64,000 nucleotides of DNA from a candidate division FCPU426 bacterium (GCA_963738405.1 CAVTWJ010000012.1:94609-158608); one strand, 5' to 3'. Numbered from the stretch's first letter, positions 1 through 12,230 are shown. Made by a program: numbers and translations. The notes: generated by a model from the letters alone, not told the origin.

Positions 1-1283
1 CCTGGAAAAGGAATGGTAAAGAAAAAGCAGGACCCTTTCCCCAATTCGGACTCGCACCAAATTTTTCCGCCGTGAAGTTCAACCGTCTTCAGGCAAACGG
101 CCAGGCCCAATCCCGCCCCCGGATAATCCTCGCGGTTATTGAGCCTCTGAAAAAGCCGGAAAATTTGCTGGAAATAGCGCGGTTCAATGCCGATGCCGTT
201 GTCCTTGACCCAAAAGAGCCAATCCGTTTCCCGCTTTTCGGCCCCCACCTCTACCCGTGGCGTGTTTTTTTTGGAAAACTTGAGGGCGTTTCCGATCAGG
301 TTTTGGAAAAGCTGGCCCAGCAAAAGCGGCTCGCCGTAAACTTCCGGAAGCCACAGGCATTCCACCTTGGCCCCGCTTTCGGTAATAGAAGCGTTCAATT
401 GCTGGAGGACCTGGCCCACCAGTGCGGGGCAGTCGACCTCCTGGAACTTCTTCTCTTTCAAGGTTACCTGGGAATATTCCAACAGGCCGTTGATGAGGCT
501 TCGCATGTGAGCCGAGCTTTTCACCGCGAAATCGATGTATTGTTTGGAATCCGCGTCGAGGTTGCCGCGGTTGTGGTGTTCCAGCATTTGCAGGAAACTG
601 GTCACCGTGCGCAGGGGTTCCTGGAGGTCGTGGGAGGAGGCGTAGACGAATTGCTCCAGTTCCGCGTTGGCCCGGGTCAGCTGGGCGCCCCGTTCCTCCA
701 AAGCCGCCGTGCGGTCCTGGACCCGCGCTTCTAAGGTGGCGTTGAATCCCTTTAATTCCTCCTCCGACCGGCGCAGATCCTCCTCGGTCCGTTTGCGCAT
801 CTCATTTTCATTCTTCAGTCTTAGGTTGAGGATTTCGAGTTCATGGGACCTGCGGCTCAGTTCATCGTTGAGGCCGCGGATTTGGGCGTTTTTGCGGTAC
901 AGATCCACCAGGACCGACACCTTGGAGCGAAGCACCGAGGGAACGAAGGGCTTCACCAGGTAATCGATCGCTCCCACGGCGTAGCCTTGGAACATCTCGG
1001 TTTCGGTTTTTCCCTCGGCCGTCAGGAAAATGATCGGGGTGTAGCGGGTGCGGTCCCGCTGGCGGATCAGGGCCGCGGTCTCAAAACCGTTCATCCCCGG
1101 CATGAGCACGTCCAAAAGGATGACGGCAAAATCCTCTTGATTCAGATGCCGGAGGGCTTCCACCCCCGAGTGGACCTTGACGAGGTTCTGCCCCAGACCT
1201 TCCAAAACGGCTTCCAGGGCCAAAAGGTTTTTCGGCTCATCGTCCACCAACAGAATATTGGCCCGGCTTTCTTTATCTGCCAT
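1..1283 (-). CDS. Hybrid response regulator-histidine kinase (REC-HisKA-HATPase), 3' end runs off the window
   Basis: Translated manually from ATG at 1283: MADKESRANILLVDDEPKNLLALEAVL (REC), then [19 protein letters not shown] (H-box) and GLGLAVC (G2 box). Missing from the ORF track because no stop lies in the window. Confidence 0.9.
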   Translation of the reverse strand, partial: MADKESRANILLVDDEPKNLLALEAVLEGLGQNLVKVHSGVEALRHLNQEDFAVILLDVLMPGMNGFETAALIRQRDRTRYTPIIFLTAEGKTETEMFQGYAVGAIDYLVKPFVPSVLRSKVSVLVDLYRKNAQIRGLNDELSRRSHELEILNLRLKNENEMRKRTEEDLRRSEEELKGFNATLEARVQDRTAALEERGAQLTRANAELEQFVYASSHDLQEPLRTVTSFLQMLEHHNRGNLDADSKQYIDFAVKSSAHMRSLINGLLEYSQVTLKEKKFQEVDCPALVGQVLQQLNASITESGAKVECLWLPEVYGEPLLLGQLFQNLIGNALKFSKKNTPRVEVGAEKRETDWLFWVKDNGIGIEPRYFQQIFRLFQRLNNREDYPGAGLGLAVCLKTVELHGGKIWCESELGKGSCFFFTIPFP

Positions 1284-1304
1284 AAGAATCCGCTCCCCGG
1301 ATTG

Positions 1305-4300
1305 TTAACGGCTCAGCCACATCCGCATCAAGGACAGGAGCTGTTCGGAGTCCACCGGTTTGGTGATGTAATCCGAAGCGCCCGACTCGATGCATTTTTC
1401 ACGGTCGCCTTTCATCGCCTTGGCGGTCAGGGCCACGATGGGCAGGGATTTAAAGGCTTCTCTTTTGCGAATAGCCTGCATCGTGTCATAACCGTCCATT
1501 TCGGGCATCATGATGTCCATCAACACAATATCCACGTCCGGGGTCTTATCCAAAACCTCGATGGCTTCTCGCCCGCTTTCGGCGGAGACCACTTTCATTT
1601 CCTGGTGGTCCAAAAGACTGGTCATGGCGAAAATATTCCGGTAGTCGTCGTCCACCACCATCACCTTGCGGCCTTTCAAGGCGGTGTTGCTTTGGTGCAG
1701 CTGCTCGATTTCTCTGCGTTTGGCCTCCGGCAGCTTGGCGGTCGGCAGATGAAGGAAAAGAGCCGCCTCGTCCACCACGCGTTCGGCGGATTTGACTTCC
1801 TTGAGGACGCACACCTTCGCGGCGCGCCTCAAGAGGGCCTCCTCCTCTTTGGCCAATTCGCCGGTGATATGGACGATGGCCGGCAGGTTGGAAAAATCCG
1901 GATTTGAATGAATTTCTTTTAGCGTGCGGAATCCGTCCGGGTCCGGGAGTTCCAGAACCAGGCAATCCAATTTTCCCTTCTTCAACAGGGGTAGGGCTTC
2001 CTTCGAATCGGCGAGGAACCCCACCTTGACCTCCTCGGATTCCAGTGTTTCCTTGAGTTTGTTGCGCTTGGCCTTTTGGGCGCAGGCGATCAAAACCTGC
2101 CGGAGCCGGGGTTTCAGGTACCTTTCCATATCATCGAACGCCTTCTTGAGGCCCTCTTTGTTAACGGGTTTGGCGAGAAACCCGACCGCTCCTTGTTTTA
2201 AGCCGCGGGTCCAATCCTCATCCGCCGATATGATTTCCACGGGAATATGGCGCGCGCACAGGTCGTTTTTGAAACGGGATAAAATTTTCCAGCCGTCGAT
2301 GTCCGGAAGCTGGATATCCAACGTTACCGCGCTGGGCCGAAACTCGTCCGCCAGGCGAAGCGCCGTGTCGCCCCGCAGGGCCACCAGGCTCTTGTAGCCG
2401 TTCTCGCGGGCCAGATCCACCAGGATGCGTGCGAAGTTCGCGTCGTTCTCCACAATCAATAGCACCCGGTCCCCGGGTTTGATGTTCTTGCGGTCGTCGG
2501 CCACCTTGCTGGCGGCGATGATGACCTCCTCGCTTTCCTTCTTGGAGGTTTCCCGGAAAGTTTTGGGCATCATGAGCGCCGCGTTGTCGGTGGGGCTGGG
2601 GATCAGGGCCGGTTTGACCTGGATGTAATTCTTGGGCATATAAAGAACAAAGGTGCTCCCGCTTCCAGGACGGCTCTTGGATAAGGTCAATTGCCCGCCG
2701 AGAAGCTTGGCCAGCTCGCGGCTGATCGACAGGCCCAATCCCGTTCCCCCGTATTTCCGGCTGGTGCCGCTTTCGGCTTGTTGGAACGCCTCGAAAATGA
2801 TCTTTTGTTTGTCCTCGGGAATACCAATGCCCGTGTCGGTAACGGAAAAGGCCACCACCTCGTCCGTCTTGCTGAGGATGGGATGGTCCGCGCTCCAGCC
2901 GCTTTTGGCGGGGGAAATTTTGAGGAAAACCTGCCCCTTTTCCGTGAACTTGAAGGCGTTGGAAAGCAGGTTCCTCAAGACCTGTTCCAGGCGCTTGGAA
3001 TCGGTATGGATCTCCTCGCCCAGTTTGGAATCGACCTCGACGTTGAAGCCCAAGTTTTTCCCCTCGGCCACGTGGCGGAACAACCGCTCCATGTGCTCGC
3101 GCATTTCGCTGAAGGGCACATTGTCCACATCCAGAGTCATGGTGCCCGATTCCACCTTGGCCAGGTCGAGGATGTCGTTGATCAAGAGCAGAAGATCCCC
3201 GCCGGAGGCGTGGATAGTCCTCGCGTATTCCACTTGTTTGGGCGTGAGGCTCTTGGAATCCTCGGCCAGCTGCTGAGAGAGGATCAGCATGCTGTTCAAG
3301 GGAGTGCGCAGCTCGTGGGACATGTTGGAGAGGAATTCGGATTTGTACTTGGAGGTCAGGGCGAGCTGGTCGGCCTTTTCCTCCAATTCCTGGTTGGTTT
3401 TCTGCAATTCTTCCTGCTGGCTTTGCAGGTGTTTTAAAAGGGTTTCGGTGCGCAGGGTCGCCTCAAGGGTATTGATGACGATCCCGATGCTTTCCATCAA
3501 TTGCTCCAGAAAGGCCAAATGGGTGGCGTTGAAGGTTTCGAAGGAAGCCAGTTCCAGCACGCCCTTGATTTGACCCTCGAAGAGGACCGGAAGGACGACG
3601 ATGTTGAGCGGGGAAGCCTCGCCCACCGCCGAGCCGATGCGGATGTAGTTCCCCGGCACCTTGTTCAGGAGGAGGCGTGATTTTTCCTGGGCGCATTCCC
3701 CTACCAGGCCTTCCCCGAGCGCGAATTCCTTGGGATGGTCCGGCTGGGACCGATAGGCGAACCCCGAAAGGAGTTTGAGGCGGGTTTCACCCGGTTCCTT
3801 GGAATCGGCGATATAAAAGGCGCTGTGTTGGGCCGAGACGACGTGGTTGAGCTCCGACAAAATCGCCTTGGCCACCGTCGTCAGTTCCCTTTGGCCCTGA
3901 AGCATGCGGGTAAACCGGGCTAGGTTGGTCTTGAGCCAGTCCTGCTCGGCGTTCTTTTGGGTCGTGCCGCGCAGGTTGGCGATCATCTGGTTGATGGTGT
4001 CCTTCAAGGTTTCCACTTCCCCGCTGGCGTCCACCCGGATGGAACGGGTGAGGTCCCCCTTGGTCACGGCGGTGGCCACCTCGGCGATGGCGCGCACCTG
4101 GGTGGTTAAATTGGCGGCCAGCTGATTGACGTTGTCGGTCAAGTCTTTCCAGGTTCCCGCGGCGCCCGGCACATTGGCCTGGCCTCCCAGCCGCCCTTCC
4201 ACCCCGACTTCCCGGGCCACGCTGGTTACCTGGGCCGCGAAGGTGGCCAGGGTATCGATCATGCTGTTGATGGTATCGGCCAAAGTGGCGATTTCGCCTT

Positions 4301-7300
4301 TGGCGACGACGGTGAGTTTTTGTTTCAATTCGCCCCGGGCGACCGAACTGACGACCTTGGCGATATTGCGCACCTGGTCCGTCAGGTTGGCCGCCATCAA
4401 GTTGACGTTGTCGGTCAAGTCTTTCCAAACCCCCGAGACGCCCTTGACTTGGGCCTGGCCGCCGAGCTTTCCTTCCGTGCCCACTTCGCGCGCCACGCGG
4501 GTAACTTCCCCGCCGAAGGCGTTCAACTGGTCCACCATGGTGTTGATGGTGTCTTTTAGCTCCAGGATCTCGCCCTTGACGTCCACCGTGATTTTCTTCG
4601 ATAGGTCGCCCTTCGCCACCGCGGTGGTGACATCGGCGATGTTACGCACCTGGCCGGTGAGGTTGCTGGCCATCAAGTTGACGTTTTCCGTCAGTTCCTT
4701 CCAGGTACCGCCCACGCCGTGGACATAGGCCTGGCCGCCCAGTTTTCCTTCCGTACCCACCTCGCGCGCCACGCGGGTGACTTCGGAGGCGAAGGACCGA
4801 AGCTGGTCCACCATGGTGTTGATGGTTTCCTTGAGCCTGAGAATTTCACCCCGCACGTCGACGGTGATTTTTTTCGACAAGTCGCCGTTGGCGACCGCGG
4901 TGGTGACATCCGCGATATTGCGCACCTGGTCGGTCAGGTTGCTGGCCATGGAATTGACGTTGTCGGTCAAGGCCTTCCAAGTACCGGCCGCGCCGGGCAC
5001 ATGGGCCTGGCCTCCCAGTTTGCCGTCCGTACCCACTTCACGAGCCACGCGGGTGACTTCGGAAGCGAAGGAGCTTAATTGGTCCACCATGGTGTTGATG
5101 GTTTCTTTGAGTTGAAGAATTTCACCCCTCACATCGGCGGTGATTTTTTTGGATAGGTCGCCGTTGGCCACCGCGATGGTGACTTCCGCGATATTACGCA
5201 CCTGGCCGGTCAAATTACTGGCCATCAAATTGACGTTTTCCGTCAGGTCTTTCCAGGTTCCCGCGACGCCCGGCACCTGGGCCTGGCCGCCCAGTTTCCC
5301 TTCCGTACCCACTTCGCGCGCCACGCGGGTGACTTCCCCCGCGAAGGCGTTGAGCTGGTCCACCATGGTGTTGATGGTGTTTTTCAACTCGAGGATTTCA
5401 CCCTTCACATCGACCGTGATTTTTTTAGAGAGGTCGCCGCTGGCCACGGCCGTAGTGACATCCGCGATATTGCGCACCTGGTCGGTCAGGTTGCTGGCCA
5501 TGGAATTGACGTTGTCGGTCAAGGCCTTCCAGGTACCGGCAGCGCCGGGCACATGGGCCTGGCCGCCTAATTTTCCATCGGTTCCTACTTCACGAGCCAC
5601 GCGGGTGACTTCGGAAGCGAAGGAGCTTAATTGGTCCACCATGGTGTTGATGGTTTCTTTGAGTTGGAGGATTTCACCGCGCACGTCGGCCGTGATTTTC
5701 TTGGATAGGTCACCGTTGGCCACCGCGATGGTGACTTCCGCGATATTACGCACCTGGCCTGTCAAGTTGCTGGCCATCAAGTTGACGTTTTCAGTTAAAT
5801 CTTTCCAGGTTCCGGCCACTCCCGGCACCTGGGCCTGGCCGCCCAAATTACCTTCCGTACCCACTTCGCGCGCCACGCGGGTGACTTCCCCCGCGAAGGC
5901 GTTGAGCTGATCCACCATGATATTAATGGTGTTTTTCAAGGCCAAGATTTCGCCCTTCACGTCGACCGTGATTTTTTTCGAGAGGTCGCCGTTGGCCACC
6001 GCGATGGTGACTTCCGCGATGTTACGAACCTGGCCAGTGAGGTTGCTGGCCATGAGATTGACGTTGTCGGTCAAGTCTTTCCAGGTTCCAGCCACCCCGG
6101 GCACGAGGGCCTGGCCGCCCAGTTTTCCTTCAGTACCTACCTCGCGTGCCACGCGGGTGACTTCGGAGGCGAAGGATCTGAGCTGATCCACCATGGTGTT
6201 GATGGTTTCTTTAAGTTGAAGGATTTCACCGCGCACATCGGCGGTAATTTTCTTAGACAGGTCGCCGTTGGCCACCGCGATGGTGACTTCCGCGATGTTA
6301 CGAACCTGGCCGGTCAAATTACTGGCCATCAAATTGACGTTTTCCGTCAGGTCTTTCCAGGTTCCCGCGACGCCCGGCACCTGGGCCTGGCCTCCCAATT
6401 TCCCTTCCGTACCCACCTCGCGCGCCACGCGGGTGACTTCGGAGGCGAAGGACCTGAGCTGATCCACCATGGTGTTGATGGTTTCTTTGAGTTGGAGGAT
6501 TTCACCGCGCACGTCGGCGGTGATTTTTTTCGACAAGTCCCCGCTGGCCACCGCGATGGTGACTTCCGCGATATTACGCACTTGGCCGGTCAGGTTGCTT
6601 GCCATGGAATTCACGTTATCCGTCAAGTCTTTCCAGGTTCCGGCGACTCCCGGCACGATGGCCTGGCCGCCCAATTTTCCTTCCGTACCCACTTCGCGCG
6701 CCACGCGGGTAACTTCTGAGGCGAAGGACCTGAGCTGGTCCACCATGGTGTTGATGGTTTCTTTGAGTTGGAGGATTTCACCGCGCACATCGGCGGTGAT
6801 TTTTTTCGAAAGGTCGCCGCTGGCCACCGCGATGGTGACTTCCGCGATGTTACGCACCTGTCCGGTGAGGTTGCTGGCCATGAGGTTGACGTTGTCGGTC
6901 AAGTCTTTCCAGGTGCCAGCAACTCCCGGCACAATCGCCTGGCCGCCCAAGTTTCCTTCGGTACCCACTTCGCGCGCCACCCGGGTGACTTCGGATGCGA
7001 AGGACCTGAGCTGGTCCACCATGGTGTTAATGATTTTCGCGGTCTTGAGAAATTCGCCCTCGAGGGGCCGACCGCTCACTTCCAGCTCCGCCGCCTGGGA
7101 AAGATCTCCCTTGGCGACGGCGCCGATCACGCGGGACATTTCGCTTGTGGGGCGAACCAGTTCGTCGATGAGGGTATTCACCGATTCGATCATCCGAAGC
7201 CAGGAACCGCCAAACTCGCCGGGCAGGGCCCGCTGGTTGATCTTCCCCTCTTTTGCGACCGCTTGGCGAAGGCGTTCCAATTCCCCCGCCATGCGCTCGT

Positions 7301-7478
7301 TCATTTCCACCACATTGTTGAAAGTGTCGGCGATCTTCCCGGCGGTTCCGGTCCATTCAATCGGGAGGCGGACGGAAAAATCCCCCCGCTTCAAGGCCAT
7401 CATGGTTTTTAATATTTGGTTCGCGTCGAGGGAATCGGGTTCAAAGGTTTGGTGTTCAGGGTGGAGTTGCGTCGCCAT
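1305..7478 (-). CDS. Poly-HAMP hybrid sensor histidine kinase (HAMP array-GAF-HisKA-HATPase-3xREC)
   Basis: 11 copies of the 92-aa VTRVAREVG...GGQA...GTWKDLT unit plus a divergent first unit; [15 protein letters not shown]-box; GGTGLGL; three C-terminal receiver-like domains. Confidence 0.95.
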   Translation of the reverse strand: MATQLHPEHQTFEPDSLDANQILKTMMALKRGDFSVRLPIEWTGTAGKIADTFNNVVEMNERMAGELERLRQAVAKEGKINQRALPGEFGGSWLRMIESVNTLIDELVRPTSEMSRVIGAVAKGDLSQAAELEVSGRPLEGEFLKTAKIINTMVDQLRSFASEVTRVAREVGTEGNLGGQAIVPGVAGTWKDLTDNVNLMASNLTGQVRNIAEVTIAVASGDLSKKITADVRGEILQLKETINTMVDQLRSFASEVTRVAREVGTEGKLGGQAIVPGVAGTWKDLTDNVNSMASNLTGQVRNIAEVTIAVASGDLSKKITADVRGEILQLKETINTMVDQLRSFASEVTRVAREVGTEGKLGGQAQVPGVAGTWKDLTENVNLMASNLTGQVRNIAEVTIAVANGDLSKKITADVRGEILQLKETINTMVDQLRSFASEVTRVAREVGTEGKLGGQALVPGVAGTWKDLTDNVNLMASNLTGQVRNIAEVTIAVANGDLSKKITVDVKGEILALKNTINIMVDQLNAFAGEVTRVAREVGTEGNLGGQAQVPGVAGTWKDLTENVNLMASNLTGQVRNIAEVTIAVANGDLSKKITADVRGEILQLKETINTMVDQLSSFASEVTRVAREVGTDGKLGGQAHVPGAAGTWKALTDNVNSMASNLTDQVRNIADVTTAVASGDLSKKITVDVKGEILELKNTINTMVDQLNAFAGEVTRVAREVGTEGKLGGQAQVPGVAGTWKDLTENVNLMASNLTGQVRNIAEVTIAVANGDLSKKITADVRGEILQLKETINTMVDQLSSFASEVTRVAREVGTDGKLGGQAHVPGAAGTWKALTDNVNSMASNLTDQVRNIADVTTAVANGDLSKKITVDVRGEILRLKETINTMVDQLRSFASEVTRVAREVGTEGKLGGQAYVHGVGGTWKELTENVNLMASNLTGQVRNIADVTTAVAKGDLSKKITVDVKGEILELKDTINTMVDQLNAFGGEVTRVAREVGTEGKLGGQAQVKGVSGVWKDLTDNVNLMAANLTDQVRNIAKVVSSVARGELKQKLTVVAKGEIATLADTINSMIDTLATFAAQVTSVAREVGVEGRLGGQANVPGAAGTWKDLTDNVNQLAANLTTQVRAIAEVATAVTKGDLTRSIRVDASGEVETLKDTINQMIANLRGTTQKNAEQDWLKTNLARFTRMLQGQRELTTVAKAILSELNHVVSAQHSAFYIADSKEPGETRLKLLSGFAYRSQPDHPKEFALGEGLVGECAQEKSRLLLNKVPGNYIRIGSAVGEASPLNIVVLPVLFEGQIKGVLELASFETFNATHLAFLEQLMESIGIVINTLEATLRTETLLKHLQSQQEELQKTNQELEEKADQLALTSKYKSEFLSNMSHELRTPLNSMLILSQQLAEDSKSLTPKQVEYARTIHASGGDLLLLINDILDLAKVESGTMTLDVDNVPFSEMREHMERLFRHVAEGKNLGFNVEVDSKLGEEIHTDSKRLEQVLRNLLSNAFKFTEKGQVFLKISPAKSGWSADHPILSKTDEVVAFSVTDTGIGIPEDKQKIIFEAFQQAESGTSRKYGGTGLGLSISRELAKLLGGQLTLSKSRPGSGSTFVLYMPKNYIQVKPALIPSPTDNAALMMPKTFRETSKKESEEVIIAASKVADDRKNIKPGDRVLLIVENDANFARILVDLARENGYKSLVALRGDTALRLADEFRPSAVTLDIQLPDIDGWKILSRFKNDLCARHIPVEIISADEDWTRGLKQGAVGFLAKPVNKEGLKKAFDDMERYLKPRLRQVLIACAQKAKRNKLKETLESEEVKVGFLADSKEALPLLKKGKLDCLVLELPDPDGFRTLKEIHSNPDFSNLPAIVHITGELAKEEEALLRRAAKVCVLKEVKSAERVVDEAALFLHLPTAKLPEAKRREIEQLHQSNTALKGRKVMVVDDDYRNIFAMTSLLDHQEMKVVSAESGREAIEVLDKTPDVDIVLMDIMMPEMDGYDTMQAIRKREAFKSLPIVALTAKAMKGDREKCIESGASDYITKPVDSEQLLSLMRMWLSR
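4000..7030 (-). repeat. Intragenic 276-bp tandem repeat encoding the HAMP array (approximate limits)
   Basis: Near-identical DNA blocks recur with a 276-bp period; 552-bp-offset matches at 4909/5461 and 5041/5593. Confidence 0.9.
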
Positions 7479-7876
7479 AGTCCCTCCAGTATTAAATCGT
7501 TAAAACGGCTAGGGTGCGTGAAATGCGGGCGGATGGGGAAACAAAGGAGATGATCCGCATACCCTAATGGGAACTGCCTTCAATTAAATTATAGCGCCGA
7601 GCGTTTTTACAATTTCCCTGGGGGGCTTCGGTGGAGTGGTTCCCTAACACATAATCAGCTGAATCGATTTCACATATCCCAATAGGCACGGCTTCGTAAA
7701 AAAAATAAAAAAAATGAACCAAAATTTATTCCTCAAGGTTAACTGTTTTCCTCGTTTTCGGAATCTTTAACCAGTTGAGGTTGAAATTGAATTTTGATCC
7801 TTCCCTTTCCGGCCTAAACTGCATCGGAGTGTTTTTTGCAAACCCAGTCACAAGAATATGAGAATCAGGAGAAGGC

Positions 7877-8329
7877 ATGATGACACCAACTCAAACTCTT
7901 TCCCGCCCGATTAACATCCTATTGGTTGAGGACAATCTCGGGGATGCCACCCTTACTTACGCGGCCATCAAAAAATTCAGAACCTCCATCGTCTTGACGA
8001 GAGTCCCGGACGGCGAAGAGGCGATTTCATTTTTAAAAAAGGAGGGCTGCTATTCCGGTGTCACTTCCCCCGATTTGATTCTTTTGGATTTGAACATGCC
8101 GAAAAAAACCGGTATGGAGGTGCTTCGCGAAATTAAAACCAATCCCGAATGGATGGATATTCCGGTATTGGTTCTGACCTGTTCCCAAGCCAATAGCGAT
8201 CTCCTCAAGGCCTACGATGCAAAAGCCAATTTGTACCTCGTGAAGCCGCCCGACCTTTCCGGACTTTACGAAACGATGAAATTCGTGGAGGAAGTTTGGT
8301 TTAAGGGAATCCAAACGACCCAAGCGTAA
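7877..8329 (+). CDS. Single-domain response regulator (Rcp1-like)
   Basis: ILLVEDNLGD...ILLDLNMPKKTG...IPVLVLT...YLVKP; SD-like AGGAG upstream. Confidence 0.9.
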   Translation: MMTPTQTLSRPINILLVEDNLGDATLTYAAIKKFRTSIVLTRVPDGEEAISFLKKEGCYSGVTSPDLILLDLNMPKKTGMEVLREIKTNPEWMDIPVLVLTCSQANSDLLKAYDAKANLYLVKPPDLSGLYETMKFVEEVWFKGIQTTQA

Positions 8330-8445
8330 GGTCGTCCCTAAGTCCCGCCTGTTTCTCACGCCTCCTTTTTGCGTGTTTTTCAGCCAAAAAGGCCAAAATC
8401 AAATTTCTTTTAACCCATTTCAAAATAAATTAAACTGACTTCAAT

Positions 8446-8871
8446 ATGATTCCAGATAAATTTAAAATCTTGATCGTGGAAGATAATCCCCCCGACGCCT
8501 TTTTGTTGGTGGAGGCTTTTCAGGCATTCGGTCAGGGGCAGTTTGAGCTGACCCATTCCACCGACCTTGAATTGGCCCTGAAGCGGATTCACGCCGAGAA
8601 ATTTGACGCCGTTCTTTTGGACCTTTCTCTTCCCATTTTTTTAGGGTTGGAACCCCTGGAGAGGGTTCACCGAACCCGTCCCAAACTTCCGGTCTTTGTC
8701 CTCTCCGGCTATAACGACCCCGAATTGGCTAAGGCCGCCAGGGAAAAAGGCGCCCAAGACTATATGGTCAAGGACCATTTGGACGGCCAAGTTTTAATTC
8801 AAAAGATCCGCGCGTCCATTGAAGCCTATCGAAAACTTTCCCCTCCCAAGAGCCAAGAAAAACCTTCTTAA
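8446..8871 (+). CDS. Single-domain response regulator (CheY-like)
   Basis: ILIVEDNPPD...VLLDLSLP...VFVLSG...GAQDYMVK. Confidence 0.88.
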   Translation: MIPDKFKILIVEDNPPDAFLLVEAFQAFGQGQFELTHSTDLELALKRIHAEKFDAVLLDLSLPIFLGLEPLERVHRTRPKLPVFVLSGYNDPELAKAAREKGAQDYMVKDHLDGQVLIQKIRASIEAYRKLSPPKSQEKPS

Positions 8872-8943
8872 AATATTCAACGCAAGCTTTTCCCTGAGGG
8901 GAACCCATCGTGAGGATAAATCACGCGGGTTCCCTTTATTCTT

Positions 8944-9768
8944 TTATGGAAGTTTCGGAAGCGTCAGGTGGAGCACATTTCCAGGCAAGAAAGAACTAAC
9001 ACTTCCCAAGGCGGGGCCCAACTCGGCCGTCCCATTTAAGGACAATGCCGGATTCGCTGAAAACCCGTTACCGCGAAAAGATATGATTCCCATGAACTGG
9101 GCATTCAAGTCTTCCAACCCCGGCGGCAGGGCCTCCGCCAGCCTTAAGTCCGGAGCCTCTTGTTTAATATCCTTGAGAGCGGATTTCGTGTCCTGACTGT
9201 GGAGGCTGTCCGGCTGGCCGTGATTGAATTCTATTTCATCCCCCCCGTTCAGGAAGTAGGTCTTATCTTGCGCCTTGGCATAAACAGTTCCTTCCATCAC
9301 CTTTAAGTCGACCGTCTCCTGGTTGGGTTCATATTCCACTGAAAATTGGGTGCCTCGAACGCCGCAAACCACGCCCCCGGCCTCGATTTCAAACAGCGAC
9401 GAGGCGGTTTTCAGCTTTTCCACTTTTGCCAAGACCCAGCCCGCCATCAATCTCAAGCGGATTTCCTTTTGTTGATCGGTGGGATGGTTCATGGAAGTGA
9501 TCATCAATTGGGAATTGGGATTTATTTCCACGTTCGACCCGTCGAAAAACCTCAATGCGGCCAGGGAATCCTGATCCACCCTGACCGTTTCCCCCCAATA
9601 GACCTCCGAATCCTTTGCGCCCTTTCGGATCGATCCCTGAACGTTCTTCACGCTCACTTGGCCTGACACGGAAAGGAAAGCCGCGTTTTGTGTGTAAAGC
9701 CATTGCGCCGTCGATTCTTGGGGTAAGCAAACCCATAAGAAAACCAATGTCAGAAAGATGTGTTTCAT
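8944..9768 (-). CDS. Secreted FecR-domain protein
   Basis: Signal peptide; FFDGSNVEINPNS and GVVCGVRGTQFSV match the FecR-domain pattern. Confidence 0.75.
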   Translation of the reverse strand: MKHIFLTLVFLWVCLPQESTAQWLYTQNAAFLSVSGQVSVKNVQGSIRKGAKDSEVYWGETVRVDQDSLAALRFFDGSNVEINPNSQLMITSMNHPTDQQKEIRLRLMAGWVLAKVEKLKTASSLFEIEAGGVVCGVRGTQFSVEYEPNQETVDLKVMEGTVYAKAQDKTYFLNGGDEIEFNHGQPDSLHSQDTKSALKDIKQEAPDLRLAEALPPGLEDLNAQFMGIISFRGNGFSANPALSLNGTAELGPALGSVSSFLPGNVLHLTLPKLP

Positions 9769-10139
9769 GGCGGCCTCCCGGTCTAAAGAAGGTTGAGGAA
9801 ACGAAACAGCTAAAAACCATCCCTAACTATGGATTATCACCCTTGTGGATGGATTTCCACTTGAACGCCCCCGTCGCTTAAAGTTTTACCGGAAAAACTT
9901 GCGGATCGTTTTCCTCGTTTTCTTCCCACCCCTTCGTATTCGCGTCATTCAACACAAAAACCCTTCGCATAAATTGGGCCAATCCGGAAAAGTTAAACGA
10001 GGAGAAAGGGTTTATTATTTGATGCTTTAATTTTAAATTCATCGGACCAATGATAGGACCAGGGGGAAAAGTAATTACTTCAAGCCGAATTTAAACAGGA
10101 TCGACTTTGGGCTTGCCCCTTTCAATCGAGGAGGATGTC

Positions 10140-10598
10140 ATGAGCGTTGAAACAGGCGTCGCGGGGGCGGTACGGCCGATAGAGATTCTGGTAGTGGAAG
10201 ATAATGTGGGGGACGCTTTTTTACTGTTGAAGTACCTCCATGGCGCGGAAGTCCCGAATCATACGACTCTCGTCAGGGACGGCCAGGACGCCTCCGATTT
10301 TCTGAATCAAAAAGGCCTCTTCTCAAAATCGAAACGTCCCGACTTGATTTTTCTGGATTTGAACCTGCCCCGCAAGGACGGCCGGATCATTTTAAGTGAA
10401 ATAAAAGAAAATTCGGAATTGGCGGATATTCCCGTAGTGGTATTAACCGTCTCCAGTTGGGAGCAGGATGTGATCGAGGCCAATGACTTCAAGGCCGACT
10501 TGTATCTGGTGAAGCCGCCGGGCTTGGAACCCTTCATGAATGCCATGAAATATGTGGAAGATGTTTGGATGAGGAAGATTGTTCCCAAAGGACCTTAA
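10140..10598 (+). CDS. Single-domain response regulator (Rcp1-like)
   Basis: ILVVEDNVGD...IFLDLNLPRKDG...IPVVVLT...YLVKP; start moved to ATG 10140 behind GAGGAGGA. Confidence 0.88.
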   Translation: MSVETGVAGAVRPIEILVVEDNVGDAFLLLKYLHGAEVPNHTTLVRDGQDASDFLNQKGLFSKSKRPDLIFLDLNLPRKDGRIILSEIKENSELADIPVVVLTVSSWEQDVIEANDFKADLYLVKPPGLEPFMNAMKYVEDVWMRKIVPKGP

Positions 10599-10631
10599 CA
10601 GGACTTTTCAAGCATTCCGGAAAGGCCCCGT

Positions 10632-11084
10632 CTAATCCCCCATCTCCTGGTCCTCCCCGAGCCATGTTTTCTCCACCCTTTGCAGGGCCGAGCGGAATTC
10701 GTCAAAATCGGTGGGTTTGATCAGGTAATAACTGGCCCCCGATTCATAGGCATGCCGGAAGTCCTCCTCTGATCGGGAGTGGGTTAAAACCACGACCGGG
10801 ATATCCCAGAGCTTTGGATCGGATTTGATCTCCTCGAGCACTTCAAAACCGCTTTTCCCCGGGAGGTACAGGTCCAACAGGATCAGGTCGGGCCGGTGGC
10901 TGGGCTGGAAGCCTCCCTGCCCCCGCAGGTGGTCCATCACCTCATCCCCTTTTTTCAGGGGAACGACCCAAATATGCCTCTTGGAGGCCTTGAACGCCTC
11001 AATCACCAGAGCGGCGTCCCCCGGGTTATCCTCGGCCAAAAGGACTTTTATCAAACGAGGCATCGTTTCAATTGTGGGAACCAT
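10632..11084 (-). CDS. Single-domain response regulator (Rcp1-like)
   Basis: VLLAEDNPGD...ILLDLYLPGKSG...YLIKP; start moved to ATG 11084 behind AAAGGAGGA. Confidence 0.88.
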   Translation of the reverse strand: MVPTIETMPRLIKVLLAEDNPGDAALVIEAFKASKRHIWVVPLKKGDEVMDHLRGQGGFQPSHRPDLILLDLYLPGKSGFEVLEEIKSDPKLWDIPVVVLTHSRSEEDFRHAYESGASYYLIKPTDFDEFRSALQRVEKTWLGEDQEMGD

Positions 11085-11558
11085 AGGTCCTCCTTTGAAC
11101 AACCCATGAAAGAGGAAAGGGGACGGCGGAGGCGGGATCCAGTTTAGGTTCCGGATTCGTCTCGGGGTCGAAAACGGGCCGCCAAAAGAAATGAACCCCC
11201 AAAAGGTAGGGCGGCTTTGGAACCTTTGTGAAGGAGCGGAAAAATTCCGTCTTTTTACTGATCTTATTTTACCTCCCACCGGATTCGGAAAATTCAAATT
11301 AAAATAATTTTCGGGGAAATCTTTTACCCCATCTCCAAGACAAGACGTACGAACGATTTTAGGAAAAAAGGATATTTTTGTTTCGCCTTCTCACCCGGAA
11401 CGCGAGGAGAACGAAGTCCCGCATCTTCTTAACCTATCCATTGGTTTTCCCAAACACCCTTCCTAGCATGAAATTAACAGGTTGCTTTTGGGGCTTTTGC
11501 GCGTAAACAGCGCGGCTTCGACAGCAACCTGTTAAGGAAGTTGTAAAAGGAGGAAAGA

Positions 11559-12230
11559 ATGACACTACGAATAGGGGACACCGCGCCGGATTTTAAGCAA
11601 GTCTCTACCGAGGGGCCCATCCATTTTCACTCATGGGCGAAAAATGCTTGGGTTGTGTTTTTTTCCCACCCGGCTGATTTCACGCCGGTCTGCACCACCG
11701 AGTTGGGAATGACGGCGAAGCTTTCAGGCGAGTTTAAGAAAAGGGGCGTCAAGGTATTGGGGATCTCAGTGGACCCCTTGAGCTTCCACCAGCAATGGAT
11801 CGCCGACATCAACGAGACCCAAGGGGTCAAGGTCGATTTTCCCATCCTGGCGGACAAGGAGCGCAAAGTGGCCGAGCTTTACGACATGGTGGACCCGCAC
11901 CTGCTGGTCCAGTCCACCGTCCGTTCAGTCTTCATCATCGACCCCGAAATGAAGATCCGGGCCACGATCACCTACCCGGCCAGTACAGGCCGCAATTTCG
12001 ATGAAATCCTGAGGGTGATTGACTCCCTGCAATTGACGGACAACTTCAAGGTCGCAACCCCGGTCAATTGGAAACCGGGCGAGGAGGTCGTGATCCTGCC
12101 AACCCTGCAGGACAAGGCTGAACTCAAAAGGCGCTTTCCCAACGGCTATCGAACGATCCGCCCCTATCTGCGGATGACCGCCGATCCGAAAGCGAGAATC
12201 CCCGAACCCAGCGGCCGGGGGGCGGTTTGA
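11559..12230 (+). CDS. 1-Cys peroxiredoxin (Prx6 family)
   Basis: FSHPADFTPVCTTE and YPASTGRNFDEILR motifs; strong SD AGGAGG. Confidence 0.95.
   Translation: MTLRIGDTAPDFKQVSTEGPIHFHSWAKNAWVVFFSHPADFTPVCTTELGMTAKLSGEFKKRGVKVLGISVDPLSFHQQWIADINETQGVKVDFPILADKERKVAELYDMVDPHLLVQSTVRSVFIIDPEMKIRATITYPASTGRNFDEILRVIDSLQLTDNFKVATPVNWKPGEEVVILPTLQDKAELKRRFPNGYRTIRPYLRMTADPKARIPEPSGRGAV

Noticed and set aside
72..7503. Long plus-strand ORFs (e.g. 72-734, 843-1907, 5140-5910, 6469-7503)
   Set aside because: Antisense shadows of the two minus-strand kinases, with no recognisable motifs.
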